Shown here one piece after another: positions 1 through 8,060 of a DNA stretch of 39,787 nt. This DNA is from Bdellovibrionales bacterium (GTDB lineage: Bacteria; Bdellovibrionota; Bdellovibrionia; Bdellovibrionales; UBA1609). The translations under genes were made by a program, and so were the position numbers. The notes below the pieces were generated by a model. It saw nothing but the letters and a program-made list of their open reading frames with translations. It was not told the origin of the DNA and did not search any database. How positions within the stretch are numbered: position 1 is the stretch's first letter; each line of letters starts with the position of its first letter. The DNA lies in assembly GCA_041690295.1 (NCBI GenBank), contig JAWLHR010000025.1, positions 1-39,787 on the forward strand. Direction: 5' to 3'.

Positions 1-124
1 CCTTACCAGTAAACAGGATCACGTTGACACGACCGAGGAGGTCGCTTAAATGAAACTGCCACTCAGCTGACGACTTTCAACAGGTCGACGGGCAAGCCCG
101 CAGCTACTTGATCGGGTCAAGACT

Positions 125-547
125 TTGCTTTCTCACAAATTCCCGCGGGGCAAATTGAATGACCTGATTTCGCATCTGGCGCGATATTATTTGGAACGTG
201 AAGATCCTGTTCACCACAAGAGCCAACGGAAAATGTTCAATGAGAAACTTTTTTTTGAAAAACAAGAGAAAGCCGACTCCGCAGCGGCTAAACGAAGCGT
301 CATAGCCGTTCCCAAACCACTTCAGCGGATCACTTTTAAAAATTACCCGCACGGCTGTGCCTATGTGGATCCGGTTTCAGGACGCCGATGCGGGAGCCAT
401 CATCAGCTTCATATCAATCACATTCATCATCGCGCCCAGGGTGGGACAAACGCGCCGGACAACCTTAATGTGCTTTGCCGAAGACATAATTTACTCGTGG
501 CCGAAAAAGTGTTGGGTAAAGCCGTGGCGAACGGTTGGCGGCGGTGA
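125..547 (+). CDS. HNH endonuclease domain protein, probably 5'-truncated or interrupted
   Basis: C-terminus CAYVDPVSGRRCGSHHQLHINHIHHRAQGGTNAPDNLNVLCRRHN matches the C..C / H..GG.N..NL..LC..HN HNH pattern. TTG start without SD; the frame stays open back to TGA at 68-70. Confidence 0.8.
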   Translation: MLSHKFPRGKLNDLISHLARYYLEREDPVHHKSQRKMFNEKLFFEKQEKADSAAAKRSVIAVPKPLQRITFKNYPHGCAYVDPVSGRRCGSHHQLHINHIHHRAQGGTNAPDNLNVLCRRHNLLVAEKVLGKAVANGWRR

Positions 548-669
548 CGGGAGGGTATCAGGCGGTGACGTAGAGTTACCAGTGGGTGACAGAGCGCTAT
601 CAGGCGGTGACGTAAAGTTATCAGTGGGTGACAGAGCGTTATCAGGCGGCGACGTAAAGTTATCAGCGG
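535..669 (+). repeat. Tandem 21-bp repeat array with alternating A/B units (42-bp period)
   Basis: Units at 556, 577, 598, 619, 640: TATCAGGCGGTGACGTAGAGT / TACCAGTGGGTGACAGAGCGC / TATCAGGCGGTGACGTAAAGT / TATCAGTGGGTGACAGAGCGT / TATCAGGCGGCGACGTAAAGT; degenerate units at 535 and 661. Confidence 0.92.
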
Positions 670-890
670 ACCGTTATTTCAGTCGGGCAAGCGTTATCAA
701 ATTTAAGTGGTCAGCCAGACAAAGTTATGGGGAACTGAGATCAAATTCAGCGGCTCGCAAGGACCCCGGCGCCTGACCCCGAAGTGCCCAAAATTGGCCC
801 CAAAACTGAAAAAATCGGCAGTTGCGGGGGCCATAACCTAATCCAATTGCTCCTCAAAGCGGCCCTTATCCTGCTTTATTCCAGGGTATT

Positions 891-1511
891 ATGGCTCGAT
901 TTCGCTTTGGCGTGCCTTTGGTAATAGTCGGACTTTGCGCCCTTCTGCTGCTGACGGCTGGAGAGGATTCGGCATCCGCGCCAAGTTCGATTTTTGTTTC
1001 AATCGATAAGTACGGGAACTCCATTCTCGGCGACATCTGCCTGGAGAAGTGCATCGGTTGCCCGTTCCATGATCATCGTTACTTCTATAAATATTCGCCC
1101 TACCAACCGACGGTGGAAACGGACACCAAGGGGATTTTCCCGGTGTTCTATGGCGGCGAGGTGATCTCGCGCTTGGGTGATGGTCGCGATGAAGGCCGAA
1201 TTCATCGCGGAATCGATATTGCCGGTAAGATGGGCGATCCCATCGTGGCCGCTTGGACGGGAACGGTTCAATACGCCGGCTGGAATCGCCTCGGCGGATG
1301 GGTCGTGGTGATGAAGCATGGCAATGGCTATTACACTTATTACGCTCATCTAAAAGACAAGCCCGCGGTCAGACCTGGTCAGCGCATTATCGCTGGTCAA
1401 CGCTTAGGCGCCCTCGGTAACTCCGGAAACGCACAAAACTCAGTACCCCATTTACATTTTGAAGTGATTAAACGCGGCGGACGCGTGGTGAATCCGCTTC
1501 ACGTTCTTTAA
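891..1511 (+). CDS. M23 family metallopeptidase (peptidoglycan endopeptidase-like), exported
   Basis: N-terminal signal/TM segment; zinc ligand motifs HRGID (HxxxD) and PHLHFE (HxH); YYAHL and G.SGNA motifs. Confidence 0.92.
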   Translation: MARFRFGVPLVIVGLCALLLLTAGEDSASAPSSIFVSIDKYGNSILGDICLEKCIGCPFHDHRYFYKYSPYQPTVETDTKGIFPVFYGGEVISRLGDGRDEGRIHRGIDIAGKMGDPIVAAWTGTVQYAGWNRLGGWVVVMKHGNGYYTYYAHLKDKPAVRPGQRIIAGQRLGALGNSGNAQNSVPHLHFEVIKRGGRVVNPLHVL

Positions 1512-1588
1512 TTGCAACACGTGAATCCGATTCACCTCGTTCGAAGAGAGCTCATAAAGCCCACCCTGCTCATCCGAAAAGAGCAAAC

Positions 1589-3055
1589 CTACTCCAACCG
1601 ATAATTCGGAGCTTCCTTCGTGATGCTCACGTCGTGAACGTGGGATTCGCGTAAACCCTGAGGGGTGACTCGGACGAAGCGGGCGCGGTTTTGCAAGTCT
1701 TCGATGTTCTTCGCGCCCAAATAACCCATACCACTCTTAAGGCCGCCCACCAGTTGATGGAGAATTCCGCGCGCGGAACCACGATAGGGAACCCGTCCTT
1801 CGATACCTTCCGGCACAAGTTTTTCATGATCCGTCACGTCCATCTGACCGTAGCGATCCTTGGAGCCCCTCTTCATCGCGCCGATCGAACCCATGCCGCG
1901 ATAAAGCTTATATGTGCGGCCTTGGTACAAGATGGTTTCACCCGGGCTTTCATCCGATCCCGCCAAAAGATTTCCGATCATCACCGAGTTCGCACCGAGC
2001 GCGAGCGCTTTGGCGATGTCTCCGGAAAATTTAATTCCGCCATCGGCGATGATGGTTTTGCCTTTCTTGCGCGCGGCCCGCGAGCATTCGATCACCGCCG
2101 AAAGCTGCGGCATACCCACGCCGGAAACAATCCGCGTTGTGCAGATACTGCCCGGACCGACACCCACCTTAACCACGTCCGCACCGGCGGCCAGGAGCTG
2201 CTCAGTGCCTTCCGCCGTCACCACGTTGCCGGCGATGATCACCGTGTCTTTGTAATGGCTCGAAACCCACTTCACCATTTCGATAACGTTTTTCGAATGT
2301 CCGTGAGCCGTATCAACGCAAATCACGTCGCATCCGGCCGCGATCAAAGCTTGCGCGCGCTCTCGTGAACTTGCATCCACGCCGACCGCCGCACCTACAA
2401 GGAGGCGACCGTGCTGGTCCTTGGTGGCTTGCGGGAAAGTTTGCGCTTTTTCAATGTCTTTAATTGTGATCAAACCTTTTAGCATTCCCTGGTTATCCAC
2501 CACGGGGAGCTTTTCAATCCGGTGCTTTTGCAAAATCGATTTCGCCTGTTGCAAAGTGGTGCCGACCGGCGCGGTGATCAGCTTCTCTTGCTTAGTCATA
2601 AGATTTGAGATCGGCTGATCCACATTGGTTTCGAAGCGAAGATCCCGGTTGGTCAAAATGCCAACCAGCTTGCCATTCACTGTGATCGGAACACCGCTGA
2701 TCGAATAGCGGCGCATAAGATCCAAAGCCTCGCTCACCTTCCGATCGGGCGCCAAGGTGATGGGCTCCAGAATCATTCCACTTTCATACTTCTTCACCCG
2801 CTCGACTTCGAACGCCTGGGATTCAATGTCCAGGTTTTTGTGGATGATTCCCAGTCCACCCATTTGCGCCATGATCTGAGCGATTTTATGTTCGGTCACC
2901 GTATCCATGGCCGCCGAGAGGATCGGCATTTTGAGTCCGATATCCCGGGCGAATTTGGAATCCGTTGAAACGTCCGTCGGAACGATTTCCGAAAACTGGG
3001 GAACAAGCAGAATATCGTCGAACGTGTAAGCCATCGGGATTTGCAGTTCATCCAT
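1589..3055 (-). CDS. guaB: IMP dehydrogenase
   Basis: TFDDILLVP, SAAMDTVTE, CBS pair, catalytic GPGSICTTR, IIADGGI, YRGMGS, PEGIEG; SD AAAGGAGG. Confidence 0.98.
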   Translation of the reverse strand: MDELQIPMAYTFDDILLVPQFSEIVPTDVSTDSKFARDIGLKMPILSAAMDTVTEHKIAQIMAQMGGLGIIHKNLDIESQAFEVERVKKYESGMILEPITLAPDRKVSEALDLMRRYSISGVPITVNGKLVGILTNRDLRFETNVDQPISNLMTKQEKLITAPVGTTLQQAKSILQKHRIEKLPVVDNQGMLKGLITIKDIEKAQTFPQATKDQHGRLLVGAAVGVDASSRERAQALIAAGCDVICVDTAHGHSKNVIEMVKWVSSHYKDTVIIAGNVVTAEGTEQLLAAGADVVKVGVGPGSICTTRIVSGVGMPQLSAVIECSRAARKKGKTIIADGGIKFSGDIAKALALGANSVMIGNLLAGSDESPGETILYQGRTYKLYRGMGSIGAMKRGSKDRYGQMDVTDHEKLVPEGIEGRVPYRGSARGILHQLVGGLKSGMGYLGAKNIEDLQNRARFVRVTPQGLRESHVHDVSITKEAPNYRLE

Positions 3056-3569
3056 GAGACCCTCCTTTTTGGTACCATCCCATGTATTCGATATAATTTT
3101 TGGCGGACTGAGGTAAAAAATTAAGTTCTTCTTCTTTCAGCGGCCGCACCGCTTTCGCCGGCCGACCCAAAATCAAATGCCCTTCGGGAAACTTGGAATT
3201 CTCCGTCACCAACGAACCCGCACCGACAATGCAACGGTCGGGAATTTCGGCCAGATCCATAATGACCGAACCCATTCCCACCAAAACCAAGTCGCCGATA
3301 CGGCAACCGTGCAAAATCACCGAATGACCAACGGTCACGCGGCTGCCGATCACGGCACCGCATTTTTTGTAGGTCCCGTGAATGACCGTATTGTCCTGGA
3401 TGTTGGTTTCATCCCCGATCACGATCGGCATCACATCGCCGCGCAATGTGGTGTTGAACCAGAATGAACAGAGGCGACCGGCCGTGATATCGCCGATCAG
3501 ATCCGCCGAGGGCGCAATGAAACTGCCTTCACCGATTCGCGGAGTTTTTCCTTGAAGAGGCAGAATCAT
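3048..3569 (-). CDS. Gamma carbonic anhydrase family protein (YrdA/PaaY-like)
   Basis: Hexapeptide repeats with LRGD, NIQDNTVIH, VTVGHSVILHGC, GRPAKAVRPL. Confidence 0.93.
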   Translation of the reverse strand: MILPLQGKTPRIGEGSFIAPSADLIGDITAGRLCSFWFNTTLRGDVMPIVIGDETNIQDNTVIHGTYKKCGAVIGSRVTVGHSVILHGCRIGDLVLVGMGSVIMDLAEIPDRCIVGAGSLVTENSKFPEGHLILGRPAKAVRPLKEEELNFLPQSAKNYIEYMGWYQKGGSHG

Positions 3570-3609
3570 TTTTTAAAACCCTTTCAGCCACCCCTTTCGC
3601 AAGGCGCGG

Positions 3610-4107
3610 CTAGTTTAAATAGGGCGGGCCATCCTGCGGGCGAAGCCGTCGCGGCCCCAAGGCCGCTTCCATCTTGCCCAGATCGATGTCCACTTCCCGG
3701 CACAATTCCAAATATTCCCGCGTGCAGAAAAACCGCGCACGGGCTTGCAAACAAAACGAAATCGCATGATCGGCCCGAAACTTAAGCATTTTCAATTTAC
3801 GTGAGCCGCTGAAGACGATTTCAACGTATTGTTGATGGCCTTTCACCTCGGTGAACCGGCACGTTTCAACTTCAATACCCAGATTTTTCAAAACACTCAA
3901 AGTCACATCGTGGGGTGTGATCGCCATCGCGTTTTGCGAAAGCGTGATTCCCGCGTCAACCGGCGACAACCACACCGGCAGTATGGATTCACCGCCTTTT
4001 TCACGAAACAACATCACCGGCCGGGAACGCTCCATCCCCGCCGACAGACCGAACGCTTCCAGTTCAATCACATCCGACGGTGATTTCACTTGAACAACTT
4101 TTTTCAT
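3610..4107 (-). CDS. Bifunctional nuclease (DUF151) family protein, divergent
   Basis: PVMLFREKGGESILPVWLSPVDA, TPHDV and RADHAISFC resemble DUF151 motifs; 4-bp overlap with the miaB stop. Confidence 0.75.
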   Translation of the reverse strand: MKKVVQVKSPSDVIELEAFGLSAGMERSRPVMLFREKGGESILPVWLSPVDAGITLSQNAMAITPHDVTLSVLKNLGIEVETCRFTEVKGHQQYVEIVFSGSRKLKMLKFRADHAISFCLQARARFFCTREYLELCREVDIDLGKMEAALGPRRLRPQDGPPYLN

Positions 4108-5450
4108 ACCAGTTCCCCCTTCATGGTCAGAGGACGTGCTTCGGTGATTTTGACGTCGACGATTTGGCCGACCAAGTCTTCCGTGCCGTCAAAATGAACC
4201 ATCTTATTGCCGCTGGATCGTCCCTGAACACGGCCTTCATCAGGCTTGAACCGCTCAACCAAAACTTTAACCGTTTGACCGTTGTACTTTTCCGCCAAAG
4301 AGAAGGCGATCTCGCGATGTTTTTCCAAAAGTCGCGAAAGCCGCTCGTTTTTCACTTCATCATCGATCTGATCCGGAAAGCGCGCGGCTTTTGTCAGCGG
4401 TCGAGGACTGTAATTGAAAGCGAAGATGTTCTCGTAGGGCACTTCATCGAGCAGAGTCATGGTGTCTTGAAATTGTGCTTCAGTTTCTCCCGGAAATCCA
4501 ACAATGATGTCGGTGGAGAGCACAGCGTTGGGCAGCTTATCAAAAATCGCTCTTACGCGTTGCAAGTAGTCCTCGCGGGTGTAACCGCGGTTCATTCTCT
4601 TAAGGATATCCGAATTCCCACTTTGCACCGGAAGATGAATGTACTCCATGATCTTTTCCGGATAAGTGGCCATCACATCGATCAGTTCATCCGTGAAGTC
4701 TTTGGGGTGCGAAGTCGTGTAACGGATCCGTTTGATGTCGGTTTCCGTCGCTAATGTTTTAAGCAACTGGGCGAAATTGGCTCCGCACTCGGATTCATAG
4801 GAATTCACATTCTGACCGAGGAGCGTGACCTCACGAACCCCGCGCGCCACGAGTTTGTTCACATCATCAACCAAATGTTTGAGCGGCCGCGAACGTTCTC
4901 TTCCCCGGGTGAACGGCACCACACAAAAGGTGCAGAAATTGTCGCAACCTTTGGTGATGTTCACGAAGGTGGACACACCCGGATTCCGCACCAGAGTTTC
5001 GATATGATAGGGCTGTTGATGTTCAAAGCGCGCCTGCACCACCGGCTGGCCCTCACGCACGCGGGCCACGACTTCGGGCAAACGATCGATGGCATCGGTG
5101 CCGATCACAAAATCAATCAGTGGGATATCGAGTTTTAATTTTTCCTTTTCCTGCTGGGCCACACAGCCCGCCACACCGATTTTCAAACGGCTGTTTTGTT
5201 CCTTCAGTTTGCGGTAGCGCCCCACTTCGCTATGAACCTTGTGCACCGGCTTTTCGCGGATCGAACAGGAGTTGATAATGATCAAGGACGCTTGCTCAGG
5301 GGTGTCCACCGGCCGGAAATTCATCATTTCCAACAGGGCCATCATCCGCTCGGAGTCGTTCTCGTTCATCTGGCACCCATAGGTGGAGATGTACACACCG
5401 TCCCCCTGGCCTATGGGGGATAAAGAAGTGGATTTAATTTGACTCTGCAT
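4104..5450 (-). CDS. miaB: tRNA-2-methylthio-N6-dimethylallyladenosine synthase
   Basis: TYGCQMNENDSE, NSCSIRE, GCVAQ, radical SAM GCDNFCTFCVVP, TDIIVGFPGET, C-terminal TRAM domain. Confidence 0.97.
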   Translation of the reverse strand: MQSQIKSTSLSPIGQGDGVYISTYGCQMNENDSERMMALLEMMNFRPVDTPEQASLIIINSCSIREKPVHKVHSEVGRYRKLKEQNSRLKIGVAGCVAQQEKEKLKLDIPLIDFVIGTDAIDRLPEVVARVREGQPVVQARFEHQQPYHIETLVRNPGVSTFVNITKGCDNFCTFCVVPFTRGRERSRPLKHLVDDVNKLVARGVREVTLLGQNVNSYESECGANFAQLLKTLATETDIKRIRYTTSHPKDFTDELIDVMATYPEKIMEYIHLPVQSGNSDILKRMNRGYTREDYLQRVRAIFDKLPNAVLSTDIIVGFPGETEAQFQDTMTLLDEVPYENIFAFNYSPRPLTKAARFPDQIDDEVKNERLSRLLEKHREIAFSLAEKYNGQTVKVLVERFKPDEGRVQGRSSGNKMVHFDGTEDLVGQIVDVKITEARPLTMKGELV

Positions 5451-5545
5451 TTCGTGTTTGACGCCCTATAGCGGAAAAAATGATGACGTCCATATAATGC
5501 TAAAGTAAGAACGAGGTCAAATTTTTCATTACCTAAGGAAGTTCG

Positions 5546-6112
5546 ATGCAGCCCCGCTTAAGCTCTTCGCGCAAATGGACGGCCATTCCCAAGGAATTAG
5601 CCACTCAGATACAGGCCGTTTTTAAGCAAACTTTTCACACCCAAATCGGTAAAGGTGCGATTTTGACGGAGGGCCGTATCTACCCGGCCGAAATTTTGAT
5701 GAGCATTGGCTACAAGCCCGAGTCGGGTCTCCGCCAATTCAATTGGGAAATCTCCATTGAATACCGTCGGGATAAAGACAACGTCATGAAACTCCTCAAT
5801 CTGGCGGTGGACGCCGCCGGCTCATTGTTTGAGCAGTTTTTCGCCGCCGAAAACGACCATGATTTTCCGCGCATTTGGCAGGAAGTGGATTTCGAAAACC
5901 GCAAACTCTTTGTTCAATACACGACCGTGAACACCGAACTTGAGGCCGAAGCGGATAAGCTTTTGGGCATCGAGAAAAGTGAAGACCTGGCTCAGGGGGA
6001 GTGGGACGATCTCGAAACCGCGGAAAGCATCAAAGCCCGACTGGGTGTTGATGATGCGGATGATGACCAAGCTGGTGGCGATAACGACGACGGCGGTTCC
6101 ACAACCCACTAA
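5546..6112 (+). CDS. Hypothetical protein with acidic C-terminal tail
   Basis: ATG with AAGGA SD; 188 aa ORF filling the gap between flanking genes; no family recognised. Confidence 0.8.
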   Translation: MQPRLSSSRKWTAIPKELATQIQAVFKQTFHTQIGKGAILTEGRIYPAEILMSIGYKPESGLRQFNWEISIEYRRDKDNVMKLLNLAVDAAGSLFEQFFAAENDHDFPRIWQEVDFENRKLFVQYTTVNTELEAEADKLLGIEKSEDLAQGEWDDLETAESIKARLGVDDADDDQAGGDNDDGGSTTH

Positions 6113-6187
6113 GCTTCCCGTTGCAGAGGCCACGACAGAAAGCCGCAGCGATTTCGTGCCGCATCCTGATTTGGAACGGCCTACCTT

Positions 6188-6952
6188 TTAGAAATCTTCT
6201 TCTTCGCGGGTGGCGGGCTCGCCCATGCCGCGGACTTCGTCGATGTAAGTTTGGGTTTCATCTTCCATATCCGACTCGATCGCTGATTCGTCGATTTCGA
6301 GTTCGGCTATGGCACTCAGAAATTCTTTCTCGCTGCGCAAATCTTTGCGCAGAATTTCAAGGAATTTATCCGGATATCTTGCGGTCAATTCCTCGATATA
6401 GCGCTCAAGTTTACCTTCGGTGAGGATCTTCTTACGGATTTGGATCTTCTTCCAATAGAGCAAGTAATGATAACGGCAATAACCGTCCACGGCGGCCAAC
6501 TGGTCGCAATCCCGCACGCGGCAAAAACGGCGACCTTCGGCATCCGTCAGATACAATTCTTCCGGCATTTCAACCGGCGCGACTTCCGCCACGTCGATGT
6601 CTTCAACCGGCGGTGCTTCAACCTTGGCCTTTTTGCCCTTGGCTTTAACGGAAACCTCGCGGGCTTTGGCTTTGCTCACCTTGGCGGCGACTTTGGCCTT
6701 ACCCTTGGCCGAAGCTTTGGCCTTCGCGAGTTTCTCTTTTCCCGCTTTCTTAGGAGCCGCGACTTTGCCTTTTTTGGCCGCCGCCGCTTTTTTCGGCTTA
6801 ACAGCCGCGGCTTTTTTCGCCGGCCGAGCCTTCACCTTGGCTTTGGCTTTCGCAGCCGATGGTTTTGCCGCCGACTTCTTTTTAGCCGAGTTGGTTTTTT
6901 TAGCGGGTTTTTTGTTCGTTTTTTTAGCCATGATCGGTTGAAGTTGCTGCAA
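6188..6952 (-). CDS. Histone H1-like Lys/Ala-rich protein with Cys/His motif and acidic tail
   Basis: About 100 aa of K/A/P-rich sequence, then CRVRDC...YCRYH, then a D/E-rich end. Start is TTG 6952 (G-run upstream) or ATG 6931. Confidence 0.85.
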   Translation of the reverse strand: MQQLQPIMAKKTNKKPAKKTNSAKKKSAAKPSAAKAKAKVKARPAKKAAAVKPKKAAAAKKGKVAAPKKAGKEKLAKAKASAKGKAKVAAKVSKAKAREVSVKAKGKKAKVEAPPVEDIDVAEVAPVEMPEELYLTDAEGRRFCRVRDCDQLAAVDGYCRYHYLLYWKKIQIRKKILTEGKLERYIEELTARYPDKFLEILRKDLRSEKEFLSAIAELEIDESAIESDMEDETQTYIDEVRGMGEPATREEEDF

Positions 6953-6973
6953 TTCAGCCCCCCCGTCAAGGGT

Positions 6974-7996
6974 TTACTGGCGGAATTGGATATCTCCGGA
7001 ATCGGTTTGGACAAAGAGCCGGCCGGACGGTTTTTTTCCGATCTGGAAAGTCGCCACTTTACGACCTTCCGGATCGAGAATCGGCGCGATCGAATCACCC
7101 AGGATTCCACCGGACTGGCTGGTTAAAAAAACCTTGGCTCCGCCCTTCGGCCAACGCACGCGAACCGGGCCCGTTTCACTTTTGATTTCCGCGTTCAGCG
7201 AAGTCGTTCCGGTGATTTCCCATTTGGTATTTTTCCCATCGGCCCGCAAAATTCCGGAACAATTTTGCACGCGGGCCGAACCCCCATCCTGGGAAATTCG
7301 CCATTCCTTACGGCAAGTGTTCAATCGCAAATCCGCTTTGTGATTCTCAACCGTACCTGAACCCGCGATATCGTTCAGTTCGATTTTTCCTTCCATCCAC
7401 CGCAATTGAAGATCACCTTTAAGGCCATTTATAACCAGCTGCCCGCTTTCCCCTTGGAGATCCAGGTGACCCGCCAAATTTTCAATTTTGACGTCGCCCT
7501 TTCCGGTTTGTAGCCGCCAATTTCCCGCTCCGCCCCGCGCCTCCAGCCGGCCTTTCAGATGCGAGCTCTCCACCGGCGCGGTCCATTTTTCAAAACGCAA
7601 ATCACCTTCCCGCCAGCTCACGGTCAATGGACGCGGCGGTCCTGAAAGCTCCAAATCGAATTCCGGCCAAACGTCTTTCTTCACATGGTTGCGCCACTGA
7701 GCTCCATGAGCCACATTGAACACCTCGAGCACCAACGTGGAGCCCCGCCGATCGACGGATAAATACCAATCCTGTGAGCGTTTGTTTTTGGTGTGGCGGA
7801 CATTCAAACGAAAATGTGGGCTTTGTTTTCCAATGAATTTCAAGCGGCCTTTGACGCCAATGACCTGAATCGCGTCAATCCCCGCCGCGCGGATTCGTTG
7901 CACTGGATAACTGATTTTTTCACCATAGGCCGAAGTGCTCAACAGCACCCAATACAAAAAGAACATAAATCCATAGTTCAACGTCCGATAGCCCAA
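6974..7996 (-). CDS. Exported beta-strand repeat protein (DUF4097/adhesin-like)
   Basis: Signal-peptide-like N-terminus; repeated xxSGDI/TGKGDV/GESGQL turns; ends VQTDSGDIQF. Confidence 0.72.
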   Translation of the reverse strand: MGYRTLNYGFMFFLYWVLLSTSAYGEKISYPVQRIRAAGIDAIQVIGVKGRLKFIGKQSPHFRLNVRHTKNKRSQDWYLSVDRRGSTLVLEVFNVAHGAQWRNHVKKDVWPEFDLELSGPPRPLTVSWREGDLRFEKWTAPVESSHLKGRLEARGGAGNWRLQTGKGDVKIENLAGHLDLQGESGQLVINGLKGDLQLRWMEGKIELNDIAGSGTVENHKADLRLNTCRKEWRISQDGGSARVQNCSGILRADGKNTKWEITGTTSLNAEIKSETGPVRVRWPKGGAKVFLTSQSGGILGDSIAPILDPEGRKVATFQIGKKPSGRLFVQTDSGDIQFRQ

Positions 7997-8003
7997 TGCA
8001 AGC

Positions 8004-8033
8004 TTGACAAGAGTTTTTCAAAGTACTCACAAT
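8004..8033 (+). promoter_or_regulatory. Candidate sigma70 promoter for thiolase-scoAB
   Basis: TTGACA (8004-8009), 18 bp, CACAAT (8028-8033), followed by SD AGAGGG. Confidence 0.5.
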
Positions 8034-8060
8034 CGGGCGACTTTAACAAAAGAGGGTTGA

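Noticed and set aside
52..105. Hammerhead ribozyme (CTGACGA at 67-73, GAAA at 52-55)
   Set aside because: No GAAA follows a stem II, and the upstream GAAA is too close to form stems III and I.
60..112. Group II intron 3' end or selenocysteine SECIS
   Set aside because: No domain V sequence precedes CTACTTGAT; the hairpin after the UGA does not match bacterial SECIS geometry and the position is not a plausible redox Cys site.
125..547. IscB/Cas9-type RNA-guided nuclease
   Set aside because: No RuvC motifs, bridge helix or PLMP N-terminus are visible; only an HNH domain.
535..669. CRISPR array
   Set aside because: Units are contiguous with no unique spacers, and no cas genes are visible in the window.
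727..837. c-di-GMP-I (GEMM) or c-di-AMP riboswitch upstream of the M23 gene
   Set aside because: Only loose resemblance; the GNRA tetraloop/receptor and other conserved blocks are absent. Kept only as a generic structure candidate.
6600..6930. DNA repeat element in the GGC/TTT-rich stretch
   Set aside because: Explained by the low-complexity Lys/Ala coding sequence on the minus strand.
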